From: a candidate division WOR-3 bacterium
Lineage (GTDB): Bacteria; Hydrothermota; Tepidihabitantia; SM23-42; JAOAFX01
DNA length: 32,904 nucleotides
Assembly: GCA_039802265.1 (NCBI GenBank)
Contig: JBDRWI010000023.1
Coordinates: forward strand, 1 to 32,904
Direction of reading: 5' to 3'
Shown: in pieces, positions 8,257 to 19,056 of the stretch
How positions within the stretch are numbered: the first letter of the stretch is position 1
Layout: each line of letters begins with the position of its first letter
The notes under the pieces: model-generated
The model's database searches: none
What the model was told of the DNA's origin: nothing
The model's input: the letters and a program-made list of their open reading frames with translations, nothing else
Program-made: the position numbers and the translations under genes

Positions 8257-9984
8257 TCAAAATACCTCACCAATTGCAAAGTGTAAGGCACCCGCTGATT
8301 CACCGGCCGCAGGTTTCATCTTCAATCCATAATCAAGTCTTACGCTACCCAGCGGGATACGCAATCTAATACCCAGGCCAACACCCCATCTCAAATTCCA
8401 AGCAATGCTATCAATTTCTTCCCAGACATTTCCTCCATCAATAAAGAAGACACCCCAGATAATTCGGTAGATTGGAAATCGGAATTCAGTGGTGGTCTCA
8501 AATAATACCTTGCCACCGATAGGATTTCCCCAAGAATCCTTTGGTCCGATTGACCACTCATCATAACCCCTAACCGATGTCGTCCCACCGCAATAAAATC
8601 TTTTGTAAACGGGTATATCTACGAAGGGTGCCATTGCCTGAATAATACCGGTTTTAAATGCACACCCTAAAACTATCGGTAAAAATGGTTTGAAAAATCT
8701 GAGTTCCACTGTTGGTCGCACATAGTTTACATCGGCGGGCATAATAATTCCGCTTGTCTCAATTATTAAACTGGTGTAATTGCCAGAGTTGGTAAAGATT
8801 GGGTCATCCCTCTTATCTTTCAGCCAGTTTAGTATTACTCCGTGGAGCCAATCGTTTTGAGTACTGTCTTTTTTAATATTAATATTGCTAACTGGAAAAT
8901 ATGTGCGGATATGTTCAAAATTATACCTTACTGAGAATAAGCCATCAAAAAGACCAAACCGGGATTCGTTATACAATCCGATGTGGCGGGTATTGAATCC
9001 AACCTCTTTTTTAAATTGATAGAATGAACCGATACAATAACGAACAGGTAGAAAGAGAAGTCTGGGCAGAGAAATTTCAGAATTCAGGCGATATTCAGCA
9101 AAACTCAACTTACCTTCAATCTTTCCCTGCCAGGCGCGACCCATGAGATTCAAGTGTGTAATCCCGGAGCCGAATCTTAAGTAATCTTTGGTCCCATAAC
9201 CGACCCTGAAATTCAAAATGATCGGCTCTTTCTCTACCAGAACAAACTGCACAATTTTCTGATTGGGTTTTGAACCATTTCTTTTTTGGGTTCTGATTGT
9301 ACTAAATATTCCGAGATTTGCTAAATTGCGCCGACTTTTTAAGACCCGGGCATAACAGAATGTATCCCCGGGCTTCAGCGCGAGTTCCTTTAAGACGGTG
9401 CCTTTTTTTGTCCGGTTTAATCCGGAGATTTCAATATCTTCTACAAATTGTTTTTCACCTTCAATAATATTGTATACAATTTTTGCCTGATAGTTACCAA
9501 TAACAAAGTTGAGGTTTATCTGAACCTCTGTGTAGCCAGGTTCGTCATACAAAGATTTAATGATATACTCGTCAATCTCAAATTTTCTCCGGTCAAACGG
9601 CTTTCCAATTCCGGTAATAATTTTTTCTCTCAAGAATTCGTCAGAGAATAAGTTGTTGCCTGCAAAATCAATTTCTCCAATAATGGTCTGTACCCCTTCT
9701 CTTATTTCTATATTGATTACAATTGTTTTATTTGTGCTATCAAATATTAAACTATCGTTGATTTCGGCATCCAGAAAACCATTATAATCATAAAGGTTTT
9801 TTATTGCTAAAATATCCCCGTCGTATATATTCTTGTCAAATTTTCCTTTGCGGAAAAGCGACCTTGTCTTTGTAAACATAACATTCTTGATCGCCCTATC
9901 ACCCAAATAATTGTTACCCTGGATATTTATCTCTTTTACTCGAAAATTGATTTGGAAAAATATTAAAATAATAGAAAAACTCAT
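8257..9984 (-). CDS. tamA: Omp85 family outer membrane assembly protein (TamA/BamA-like, about three POTRA domains)
   Basis: POTRA-like repeats, VRGY motif, FIDGGNVW, GVGLGIR, C-terminal Phe. Coupled to tamB by ATGA overlap. Confidence 0.85.
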   Translation of the reverse strand: MSFSIILIFFQINFRVKEINIQGNNYLGDRAIKNVMFTKTRSLFRKGKFDKNIYDGDILAIKNLYDYNGFLDAEINDSLIFDSTNKTIVINIEIREGVQTIIGEIDFAGNNLFSDEFLREKIITGIGKPFDRRKFEIDEYIIKSLYDEPGYTEVQINLNFVIGNYQAKIVYNIIEGEKQFVEDIEISGLNRTKKGTVLKELALKPGDTFCYARVLKSRRNLANLGIFSTIRTQKRNGSKPNQKIVQFVLVEKEPIILNFRVGYGTKDYLRFGSGITHLNLMGRAWQGKIEGKLSFAEYRLNSEISLPRLLFLPVRYCIGSFYQFKKEVGFNTRHIGLYNESRFGLFDGLFSVRYNFEHIRTYFPVSNINIKKDSTQNDWLHGVILNWLKDKRDDPIFTNSGNYTSLIIETSGIIMPADVNYVRPTVELRFFKPFLPIVLGCAFKTGIIQAMAPFVDIPVYKRFYCGGTTSVRGYDEWSIGPKDSWGNPIGGKVLFETTTEFRFPIYRIIWGVFFIDGGNVWEEIDSIAWNLRWGVGLGIRLRIPLGSVRLDYGLKMKPAAGESAGALHFAIGEVF

Positions 9985-12900
9985 TTTATCTTGAAGTTCA
10001 AATCTAAATCTACACTTGAATTCATATTCTCCTGGTCGTGCAGTGTAAATATTGAAAAATTGTCGTTGAGGCGATAATTTAAGCCGATCCGTCGCATCTC
10101 CCAGGATTCAATGCCCGTGCCATAGATAAGTGTTATCTTTTTGCCAATTTTCTTTTCAAATCCAATATCCCACTCTGCCGGTTCAAACAAATCACCCGTA
10201 ATGGTAAACTTCTCAAATCCTAAGGATTTCTCAGCCGCCCTTTCCAGTTTACCCCTTGCCAGACTAACTGCATAATCCTTGGCGAGACCGCGCAGATTTA
10301 TATCCCTTGCCTCAGCAATGAGATATAACCCGGGTCTCCTCCGGCCAATCAAAAGAAGGCTTATAATATCCTGTTCCGGAACCGATGGGATTGAGGATAA
10401 TCTGAGATGCCATTTTTCAATAGTCCCGGAAAGGGTCAGCGTTATCTCGTAATCACCATCAACCGATGATACAAAATGGACTGCCTCCAGGTCAAGGACT
10501 GGATTTATCTGATATGGGTTATCAAACTGTATTAGGGCATTTGTAATTTCAAATTTTCTGCCAAGATAATTAATCGTTCCCACCGATGAAGTTTTAACGG
10601 TACCGTAAACATTTATCTTAGACAAGAACCCTTTAATCTGTAAATCTGCCTCAACATTGACATTAGCCACATTGTTGGCAATTTTTATCCCGTTGGGAGT
10701 ATTGATGCCAATATCACAGTATATCTGCTGTAAAATTTTATTTTGCCCACCCACCGGTCGATTTGCGTTTGTTAATAATTTAGCGATTGTCTGGAGATTG
10801 AATGGCTTATCATATATTGCACGGTCAATAGTTATTTCACCATTTATGGTGTATGAATTCTTTCTGGCAAAAAAGCTGAGAGAACTTGAAATAACGAATG
10901 AACCAAATTCTTTGTTTGTATAGTCAAGCTTTTTGAGCAATGTTCTTATCGCAATTGTGTCTATACCACCTTTACCCATCCGGACAAAACCGTTTACAAG
11001 GAATTCTCCATTATTAACCATACCGCTTATATATTCAATATTAAAATAGTCCCTCTGAAATTTTATCAGACCAGAAACTGAAGCAATTACCATATCGGGT
11101 AGTGTATAACCTATTTCTTCTAAAACCAATTCTCCATTTATATCAGGGGCATTTAAAGATCCCGTGACTGTTACATCTAAATCAAAAAAGCCTACAGGCG
11201 GTGCCCCCTTACTGAAAATTGCATATAAGTTGCCAATCTCAATATGGTCAGCCCGAATTTTTAGATTAATTTCACCATATTTTTGGTCTAATGGCACCTG
11301 CCCCTGAATTGATATATTATGATTTTGTACCTGGATAAATGCCCTTTGAATATTGGCAAGTCCATCTTTGATTTCAATATTTATCGGCTCTGAATTGAGG
11401 ATTTCATTCTTCTGGGCAACTAAATCTATTGTATCAATTTGAACTTTTGCCTCCGTCATTATAGGATTGTTGAGTTCACCATTTGCAAGAATGTTTCCTG
11501 TAACGAATGCCCGGTCTAATTCAGTATATGGTGTAAATTCAAAATGCCTTAGCAATAAATAAACCTTAAAAGGGTATGGCTCTTTCAATTGGACACTTGC
11601 CCTTAATCCCAGACTTTTTTTTATATCAAAAAATTCAATATCTGCGGAGTTTTTAAAAATATCAAATCCAAGGACACAATCTCCAAAAGTCCATTTATCA
11701 TAAATGAAATTGGTAAATTGAATTTTACCCTTTCCATTGATATCGTTGATATTACCCGATAGATTGATTTCAAGTTTGATATTACCCCGCAAGGGAATTG
11801 AATCTCTACCAAAGACCCCGGGTGAATTAAACCTTATATCTTCGCTATATATCTTGAAAGAAAAACTACTATCCGCTATCTTATAATTGCCGGTAATTCC
11901 CAAGGTTCCACGCGGGCTTTGTATTAATCCCTTCTCAAGATAAATGTTTTTATCTCTAAAATCAAACTTCAAATCTGCCCGCTCTATTTCTTCGTTGTAA
12001 ACACTACCTTTGTTAAATCTCAAATCTCCTGAAACAGATGGATTATCAAATTTACCTTTCACTTTTAAATTTACATTCAACGCCCCAGAAATGGGTATCT
12101 GTTGGTCCAAAAAATTATTTGTCAGATTTATGTCGTCACAAACAACATTTAAATCTCCCACAATGATTTCTGATTTTGTAATATTCAGTTTCCCGTTAAA
12201 TTTTGTTAGAACATCTCTATCTATTAATCTCAAATTACTGATGGAAAGAAAACTATCTTGATAAATTACCATTCCAGAAACTCGGGGCTGAAATTTAGAA
12301 AATTTTAATTGACCCTGAATATAGCCTTTAAATTTTGGATTTTCAAAAGAACCTGTGATAGAACCTGGTATTCGTAAATTACCGTAGGGCGAGACAACTC
12401 CAGCAAATAGATTGGTAAATTTCTTTTTCAATGTAATCTCCCATCTTCCCTGCTTCTCAGTATTTGCGCTGATTTCCGCATTAAAATCAAGACTATCAAG
12501 GTATGGCATTTTCCATTTAAATTCAATACGACCGGAAATCTGATTCTGCAAATAGTTCAGCATTATTTCGGCGGTATTTGAAATCTTTATATCGGGTAGT
12601 GCGCCATCAACCCTGCCTTTTATCCTAACAACTCCACTCAGATCCCTGATTCCAAATTCTTCCGGATGCAGTTGTAAAGAATATTCCAGTGCAAAAATAT
12701 TACCTTTTGCCAATGGTATATCTCCTTTTATTGTGGCATTAGACCTCTCTGTTTTAATAGCCAACTCTTCAATGAAAAGAATCTGCCCTGATAACCTGCC
12801 TATAATATCAAGTGAGAATTTTATATCCCTTTGATTTAATTCACCGATGATCTTCGTATTTCTGATTTCAATATGTTTGATACTTACCGCAAAAGACTTT

Positions 12901-13277
12901 TCCGTTTCTTGTTTTTCTTTCTCTTTATTGGGTTTAACGATCGTTGCCAATTCTCTTGCCCGATTCAAATCCACTACTATCTCATCAATAAGTAGCGAAT
13001 TTATTTCAATCTTTTTTGATAGCAGGGCAAGGATATTGTATGCCACACTGATCGATTTGATTTCCGCAACATCTTCAATTTTCAGATTATAGATTTCTGT
13101 TTTGTACAATAGATTCCCTCGCAATGTGCCGATGCTGACCGGTAAACCAATCTGGTCTTGAATTGCCGAGGTTATCTTATCGCGGACGAAATTCAAAATA
13201 AATGGAGTCCCTGCAAGAATAAAAATAATGATAATCAATATTAAAAGAATCAAAGGCAAAAATAGTATCTTCTTCAT
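9981..13277 (-). CDS. tamB: Translocation/assembly module TamB (AsmA-like, DUF490)
   Basis: N-terminal anchor, repeated beta-taco segments (GSLNAPDING, GKFDNPSVSG), C-terminal INPVLDLEA..LSSIPSVPEQDIISLLLIG. Adjacent to the Omp85 gene. Confidence 0.85.
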   Translation of the reverse strand: MKKILFLPLILLILIIIIFILAGTPFILNFVRDKITSAIQDQIGLPVSIGTLRGNLLYKTEIYNLKIEDVAEIKSISVAYNILALLSKKIEINSLLIDEIVVDLNRARELATIVKPNKEKEKQETEKSFAVSIKHIEIRNTKIIGELNQRDIKFSLDIIGRLSGQILFIEELAIKTERSNATIKGDIPLAKGNIFALEYSLQLHPEEFGIRDLSGVVRIKGRVDGALPDIKISNTAEIMLNYLQNQISGRIEFKWKMPYLDSLDFNAEISANTEKQGRWEITLKKKFTNLFAGVVSPYGNLRIPGSITGSFENPKFKGYIQGQLKFSKFQPRVSGMVIYQDSFLSISNLRLIDRDVLTKFNGKLNITKSEIIVGDLNVVCDDINLTNNFLDQQIPISGALNVNLKVKGKFDNPSVSGDLRFNKGSVYNEEIERADLKFDFRDKNIYLEKGLIQSPRGTLGITGNYKIADSSFSFKIYSEDIRFNSPGVFGRDSIPLRGNIKLEINLSGNINDINGKGKIQFTNFIYDKWTFGDCVLGFDIFKNSADIEFFDIKKSLGLRASVQLKEPYPFKVYLLLRHFEFTPYTELDRAFVTGNILANGELNNPIMTEAKVQIDTIDLVAQKNEILNSEPINIEIKDGLANIQRAFIQVQNHNISIQGQVPLDQKYGEINLKIRADHIEIGNLYAIFSKGAPPVGFFDLDVTVTGSLNAPDINGELVLEEIGYTLPDMVIASVSGLIKFQRDYFNIEYISGMVNNGEFLVNGFVRMGKGGIDTIAIRTLLKKLDYTNKEFGSFVISSSLSFFARKNSYTINGEITIDRAIYDKPFNLQTIAKLLTNANRPVGGQNKILQQIYCDIGINTPNGIKIANNVANVNVEADLQIKGFLSKINVYGTVKTSSVGTINYLGRKFEITNALIQFDNPYQINPVLDLEAVHFVSSVDGDYEITLTLSGTIEKWHLRLSSIPSVPEQDIISLLLIGRRRPGLYLIAEARDINLRGLAKDYAVSLARGKLERAAEKSLGFEKFTITGDLFEPAEWDIGFEKKIGKKITLIYGTGIESWEMRRIGLNYRLNDNFSIFTLHDQENMNSSVDLDLNFKIK

Positions 13278-13285
13278 TGTTTATA

Positions 13286-13313
13286 ATTATAAATAAATAT
13301 CTTGCATAGTCAA
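13286..13313 (-). promoter_or_regulatory. Sigma70-type promoter, near-leaderless, for tamB-tamA
   Basis: TTGACT-N16-TATAAT, 8 nt before ATG 13277, no SD. Confidence 0.7.
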
Positions 13314-13350
13314 TTGTAATCTGATTAAGACACATTTTGAGTTGAATGTA

Positions 13351-14562
13351 TTAATGGGAAAATCTATGTTTGTAGGAAATAAAGCACAAAGCCGAAGAAA
13401 GGGCAATAATACAAATAATTCCCCAGTTAAAAATGGACCGCCCCGGAAATAAATCAAGAAGAATCCCCCCGAGGAGTGGACCGAATGCCCAGCCAAATGT
13501 CTGGGCGAGATTATAAAAGGCAAGATAACGACCGCGATTCTCATAATTAGCAATCTTTGATGCATAACTCTGGCTTGAAGGGGTTATCACCATCTCAGCG
13601 ATGGTGATGATTACCATTGAGATAATTAGAAAAGAAAAATCCCGTGCAAAACCCACGGATAGATAACCTATTGCGTAAAATAACGAACCAACCCACAGGG
13701 CATTAAGTTCTTTCTTATCTGGAATCAGGTTCGTTATGAAATACTGAAAGAAAACTACCATAAAGCCATTGATGGAAAATAGTATCCCCAGTTGACTTTT
13801 GGTTATGCCTACACGATTTACTGCATATATAGATAATGGAGAGACGAGCTGTCCCCAGACAATGAATATTATGAAGGAAATTAATGTAAAGGTAAGAAAA
13901 CGCCGGTCATAGATAACGGAAAAGGTCTCTTTCATACTTATTTTAGTAGTCGGTGAACTTCTTCTTTCATAGGACTTCGTTTCACAACAAAAATTGAACA
14001 TAACAATTGTAGCAATAAACATACACAATGCAGTGACAAAAAATAGATAGGCATAATCAATTGTCGCAAGTAAACCACCTATTGCCGGACCCAGTGCCCA
14101 GCCTAAATTTCCACCCATCCGCAATAATCCGTATGCGGGCAACCGCTGCTGCTCATCGGTCAGGTCAGCAATATATGCCTGGGATGCCGGAATATAGAAA
14201 GAGAATAATATTGAATTAACAATAAGAAAGAAAAAAAGGACGTAGAGATTATGCCCGCGGAGTATAAAAATGCCAATTAAGATAAATAAGATAAATCTCC
14301 CCAAGAGTGAACGGACCATAATAAATTTTCTGCCCAGGCGATCGCTCAGCTCTCCCCCATAAAGCCCGCAGGTTGCACCAATAACCTGGGCGGTCATAAG
14401 AATCATCCCCACAAAGGTCATTCGAACACCAAGGATGTTATTGAGATAAAGACTCATATAGGGCATTGTAATGGAAAATCCAACGGCACTTATAACGTTC
14501 GTCGCAAAAAGCGCCCAGATATCTCTGGGAAACCCCCGGGGCAGGATTGAATATCTATTCAT
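13351..14562 (-). CDS. MFS transporter (drug/H+ antiporter-like)
   Basis: About 12 TM segments, motif A GELSDRLGRK, motif C-like GWALGPAIGG. Confidence 0.9.
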   Translation of the reverse strand: MNRYSILPRGFPRDIWALFATNVISAVGFSITMPYMSLYLNNILGVRMTFVGMILMTAQVIGATCGLYGGELSDRLGRKFIMVRSLLGRFILFILIGIFILRGHNLYVLFFFLIVNSILFSFYIPASQAYIADLTDEQQRLPAYGLLRMGGNLGWALGPAIGGLLATIDYAYLFFVTALCMFIATIVMFNFCCETKSYERRSSPTTKISMKETFSVIYDRRFLTFTLISFIIFIVWGQLVSPLSIYAVNRVGITKSQLGILFSINGFMVVFFQYFITNLIPDKKELNALWVGSLFYAIGYLSVGFARDFSFLIISMVIITIAEMVITPSSQSYASKIANYENRGRYLAFYNLAQTFGWAFGPLLGGILLDLFPGRSIFNWGIICIIALSSALCFISYKHRFSH

Positions 14563-14571
14563 TAAGAATTG

Positions 14572-15966
14572 CTACTCAACCCTCAAAATTTTTGCCATCG
14601 GGTCCCAGATTGGCAGGTGAATTGGTTTCTGTTCAAATATTTCTTGTATTTCTTTCGGTAGATATTTTATATTTACTATCGCCTCATAAACATAATCATC
14701 AAACCAGTCATCATACATTGTGTAAAATCCTTCTGCTCCCTCTTCTCTTCCGTGGCTATTTTCAACCCACCATTTTACCGGTTTATTTTCTCTAAGATCA
14801 ACACCCAACAACGCCATTGCGTGATTTGCCGTGCTAAATCTATAAAAAATTCGCATTTTTTTATCCATTTTCAAATCAGGCTGAAAAATTGAATTATAAT
14901 CATAAACCCTTGAACTGAGTATTCCCATTTCCCTGTTGTTTTCTTTACCTATATCACAGGCAAACCAGACAGGTTCGTCATTCAGGATTGATTTTTTAAC
15001 CGCCTCCTTTATTACATCAATATTGACATTTGCATGCTGGGGGTCAGAGGTATCAAAGATATTACGGCAGTTGTCAAACTGATAAAGACGATTAAACTCT
15101 CTACCCGGATAGTTGATCAATGATACATAAGATTGAAGATTAACCCCAACAAATTCCCTGTAGAATTCCTGGGGCGTATATCTTTTGGTTTCAAAAATTT
15201 TGCCATTTTTATCTTCGTATCTGAAGACAAATTCATCAGGTGGTTGAGAAAACTGCATCACGAGCATTCGGTAAACATTCTTCAGGACCTTGATCTTAAA
15301 TGCCCTAAGTTCGGTTTCATCCGAGCCGTTCTGCGCCATCTTTCTTATTGTATCTGCTCCGGCAAGAACCTGTTCATTTATCAACTGCGTCATCAGCCAG
15401 GTATTACTGCTCGGTTCTGTTTCAGGAAATACATCTTTTGGTACAACCCCATACTTTTCCACGAGTGCAACAAACCATTGCCAGTAGCCGCCATCCTGAA
15501 CACCGTTGTCGATGATAATATCAAGTTCCCTATCAAGGAGGTCGCGCCCAGTAGTATGAATTATAAACTCCAACAGGAAATTTGCCTTTTCCAATTTATC
15601 ATAGAATGAGATGTAAGATTGAGAAAATTCAAATTCCTTGAGATTGTATTTCTTGATTACAATCGGTCGCAGGATATTCAAACCCGCAAAAATCCAGCAT
15701 CTTCCGCTGTTCTTCTGGTCGGTAACTCCCTTTGTTTCAATCCGGTTTGTGAAGAAGTTGTTGTGCTTTCTCAAAACTTCGCGACTCAGTGCTATCTCGG
15801 GTAATTCATTATTGGTCAGGGCATTAATTAAAGCAGTATCTTTAGCACTTAAACTAAGTGAAGATTTCAATTCCCGCAATACTGGCTGGGAAATTCCGGT
15901 ATCCTTCAGGAACTGACCAAAAAGGAATGATAAAGAGGCAAAAAACAAAGGCACTATCCATTTCAT
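14572..15966 (-). CDS. pepC: C1B cysteine aminopeptidase (PepC/bleomycin hydrolase), exported
   Basis: DQKNSGRCW (catalytic Cys), NHAM (His), VENSHG (Asn), DGGYW, PVWFACD. N-terminal signal peptide, SD AAGGAG. Confidence 0.9.
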   Translation of the reverse strand: MKWIVPLFFASLSFLFGQFLKDTGISQPVLRELKSSLSLSAKDTALINALTNNELPEIALSREVLRKHNNFFTNRIETKGVTDQKNSGRCWIFAGLNILRPIVIKKYNLKEFEFSQSYISFYDKLEKANFLLEFIIHTTGRDLLDRELDIIIDNGVQDGGYWQWFVALVEKYGVVPKDVFPETEPSSNTWLMTQLINEQVLAGADTIRKMAQNGSDETELRAFKIKVLKNVYRMLVMQFSQPPDEFVFRYEDKNGKIFETKRYTPQEFYREFVGVNLQSYVSLINYPGREFNRLYQFDNCRNIFDTSDPQHANVNIDVIKEAVKKSILNDEPVWFACDIGKENNREMGILSSRVYDYNSIFQPDLKMDKKMRIFYRFSTANHAMALLGVDLRENKPVKWWVENSHGREEGAEGFYTMYDDWFDDYVYEAIVNIKYLPKEIQEIFEQKPIHLPIWDPMAKILRVE

Positions 15967-16022
15967 AAAACTCCTTTCTTTGATGATTCTTAAGATAACT
16001 GCCGGGCTTGCCTTAGACTATC

Positions 16023-18767
16023 TTATTTAATAAATACCACCTTTTCCGTAAAACCTTTATCTTCGTATTGTGCCTTGACAAAATAGACTCCGCAGCCCAG
16101 TAGATTCCCCTGATTATCCCGGCCATCCCATTTAAATTGATACCTTCCCATGGTCAGGTGTTCATTGACCAATTCCCTTATCAACCTACCCCCTGCATCA
16201 TAAATGCTAACCTTTACATTCTCATTTCCCGGGGTGTTAAAACTGATCCAAACATTACTCTTAAACGGGTTAGGGAATGGTCGGTAAAGCAAAAACCTTT
16301 CTGCACTTACTGATTTCTTATCCGCAATCCCCGGGGCATTATTAGTATAAACCCGCATCATAAAGTCATAGGGATACCAGGGATGCCAGCCTGGATTGGA
16401 GGACTCTGTCCAGTACCAGTATGACACACTATCAAGGGGGATAGTATTATCCATCCCGATGTATGGGGATGTTGGTGAAGAAGATAACCAGTGCACGATA
16501 AGCCAGAATGGATTGGAATTGGTAACGGTAATTGTGGGTGAGAAATTCTTTACTGCCCAGCCTGTCCCCGCAGGATATATTGTCTCCGGAGGCGCCATGT
16601 AATAACTCGGTCCCAGACCGGGTAATCCTGAGGAATCCGCATTTAAGGACATAATCATCGGTGCCCCGGTGCTTACATAAAAGCGCGCAGATAAAATGTA
16701 GTATGGAGGTGGCAGACAGGGAATCATCTTCTGGGCGAATTTGTTATCGTAATAATTGGACGAGACATAGCCATATATATCAAGAATTCCATCATCATAG
16801 AGAATTTCAGTGGTGATATTTGTACCCTTGATTAGCGTATCATTTGAACGATTGTAATCATCAGCAACATTAGTGTAAAAATAAGCAGTATAGTTTCCTA
16901 CAGCATTGGGAGTCCAGGCTGGATTCAGCCACAGTGTGGCTGACTGTAGAGGTGCCAGATATGACTGACCGGTACCGGTGTAAACAAGATTATTGTACTC
17001 ATCGTAAATATTACAGATGACGGGGATATTTTCTGAATAACTCCCACAATTGGTGATCGTAGTTCGGGGTGGTCTTGAATAATTGAGTGTCAACTCACTG
17101 AATGGATAATAAATTGCCGCCACCGAACCATCATGGAAACAGATACTTCCCTGCCGGAGTGTGTCATTCGCCGGAAACATATCCCCGGCAAGCAGGGTAT
17201 AGATGACTGTCGTATAACGGCCATATGCCGGTACTGTCCAGTTCGGTGAAAAAGTTAAGGCCTGCTCATTGCCACCTGCAAGATTAGCAACAAATAATGT
17301 ATCACAATAAAGCAGGGCAGAAAGCGAATCATATATCTGGCAAACTGTATTGAAACTAACGGTGTTTGTTCCGTAGTTGCGAACCACGCCCTGGGGCGTG
17401 ATAGACTGTCCAACCTGTAGCAAATTTCCTGGTGCGTTAATCTGCTTGACACCTACATCACTGGCAAACTGGTCAATAATTCGTATTGCATAAACCTCAC
17501 CACCGTTACCAAATTCCCGGGCGTGAACTGCCTTACCCCCGGCAGTCACAAATGAACCGTCCTTTGAAATATCCACGGACAATAACGAACCAGGTTCATC
17601 GATATCGTCGAGTAACTGAAAGATCGGAGTGGAAGAAGACTTATTGAAAACCGTCAGGACATCACCGAATGTTGCCTGATATTGCCCCCAGGAAACCGCC
17701 GCCCCTCTTTCACCGTTTGAACTTAGTGCACATTCTTCAACATAATCGCCATACTGAGTATATTCCCATAAGGGTGTTGCTGATGATGAATCATACATCA
17801 AAACCTTACCTGAATAAGTTGGACTATATTGAAATGTCCCGGCCATAATTGTTGAACCGCTATCTGAAATGGCAACCGCAGTTACCCAGGGATGCCCGGT
17901 CTGATGCTGCCACTTGAGGGTGTAATTGGTACCGGTCCAGCGATACAAATATGTGCGACCGTAAAAATCACCTTTGACAATGTACTTGCCATCCGCAGAA
18001 ATCTTTGCCACTGTCTGACCATAATTGGCGAGAGAATCTCTTCTTGTTCCATTAAATTCATATATGTAAATTGCGTAGTATGTGGAAATGCAGAAGATTG
18101 AACCATCGTCGGAAATATCAAGACCGTAAATTCCGGAGTTAGGATTAAAGTCAATCGTGCGGATTGTATCACCGAACTGGTTAAAGATAAATAGTTTCCC
18201 CAGCCCGGAAAGGCTACCCAGAACCGCATAGATTGAACCATCCTCACTCACACAGGCGGTTGAGCCATGGGAACTTGTGGCAATCTTATATCCGCCAGGT
18301 AGGATATACTGCCATTGCGGAGCAGGGCTGTCAAAACTAAAACTGTAAAATGGCTCACCGGTGCCACCAACAGCAATGTCATTGGCAGACGAAGAAACAT
18401 CTACCGGTAAGTACCATTCAGTAAGTGGCATAGGATAACTCCAGAGTGGAGTATTGTTACCTAAGGTCCGGTAAAGACTTGTTCGCTCATTATTCAACCA
18501 CCAGCCTGCCTGTATGAACATTCCATTACCACTCAGTGCAACATGTTCAGCAATTGCATATTGATGGACACGGTCAACCCAGAGTTTCTCCGCCCGATAA
18601 TTTTTGTTAACCACTGTTTGGCTGGGCAAGTTAATCTCGCTGGCACGGGGTGTAGTATAGCGCACTTGGTTACCCATCACTTCAATATCTACACCAACCA
18701 CACCATTCTCTATTAACGATGTTGCCCAAATAGCAGGGAACATCAAAAAGATAGTTAAGTATTTCAT
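16023..18767 (-). CDS. Secreted WD40/beta-propeller protein with CARDB-like Ig domains and C-terminal FlgD-Ig/T9SS-like sorting domain
   Basis: Signal peptide. Repeated 'xDISxDGS' blades. 'DxxPANDT' and 'DYNRSNDT' CARDB-like ends. C-terminal PNPF..IYDAGGRLI..WDGRD..GVYF. Confidence 0.8.
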   Translation of the reverse strand: MKYLTIFLMFPAIWATSLIENGVVGVDIEVMGNQVRYTTPRASEINLPSQTVVNKNYRAEKLWVDRVHQYAIAEHVALSGNGMFIQAGWWLNNERTSLYRTLGNNTPLWSYPMPLTEWYLPVDVSSSANDIAVGGTGEPFYSFSFDSPAPQWQYILPGGYKIATSSHGSTACVSEDGSIYAVLGSLSGLGKLFIFNQFGDTIRTIDFNPNSGIYGLDISDDGSIFCISTYYAIYIYEFNGTRRDSLANYGQTVAKISADGKYIVKGDFYGRTYLYRWTGTNYTLKWQHQTGHPWVTAVAISDSGSTIMAGTFQYSPTYSGKVLMYDSSSATPLWEYTQYGDYVEECALSSNGERGAAVSWGQYQATFGDVLTVFNKSSSTPIFQLLDDIDEPGSLLSVDISKDGSFVTAGGKAVHAREFGNGGEVYAIRIIDQFASDVGVKQINAPGNLLQVGQSITPQGVVRNYGTNTVSFNTVCQIYDSLSALLYCDTLFVANLAGGNEQALTFSPNWTVPAYGRYTTVIYTLLAGDMFPANDTLRQGSICFHDGSVAAIYYPFSELTLNYSRPPRTTITNCGSYSENIPVICNIYDEYNNLVYTGTGQSYLAPLQSATLWLNPAWTPNAVGNYTAYFYTNVADDYNRSNDTLIKGTNITTEILYDDGILDIYGYVSSNYYDNKFAQKMIPCLPPPYYILSARFYVSTGAPMIMSLNADSSGLPGLGPSYYMAPPETIYPAGTGWAVKNFSPTITVTNSNPFWLIVHWLSSSPTSPYIGMDNTIPLDSVSYWYWTESSNPGWHPWYPYDFMMRVYTNNAPGIADKKSVSAERFLLYRPFPNPFKSNVWISFNTPGNENVKVSIYDAGGRLIRELVNEHLTMGRYQFKWDGRDNQGNLLGCGVYFVKAQYEDKGFTEKVVFIK

Positions 18768-18790
18768 ATAACCTCCTCGGATATATCAAA

Positions 18791-18879
18791 TCCCTCTCCC
18801 CCTGTGGGAGAGGGCAAGGGTGAGGGGTATTTTATATTTCACCCCCACCTTTATCCTCCCCCATCAAGGGGAGGATAAA
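18791..18879. repeat. Pair of inverted BoxC/REP-like palindromic units
   Basis: CCCTCTCCC-CCTGT-GGGAGAGGG followed by GGGTGAGGGG (18791-18827). An inverted related unit CCCCCACC..TTTATCCTCCCC-CATCAA-GGGGAGGATAAA has a 12-bp stem at 18850-18879. Confidence 0.75.
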
Positions 18880-19056
18880 ACTTACGAAATTTAATAATAT
18901 TTTAAGCACCATAAATGGTGCATCTGCTTTTTTGAATCACCAATCAATCTTACAGCACTTTTTCTAATCACCATTTTTATTCCCTTTTTGCATTACCGTA
19001 AGTCTTTCTTTATTTTATCCATCACCGAACTAAAATCAAGTGGGTCGGTTAAAAAA

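Noticed and set aside
18880..19030. Short minus-strand ORF (MVIRKSAVRLIGDSKK..)
   Set aside because: Under 30 codons with no recognisable motif. It could be a remnant but this is unsupported.
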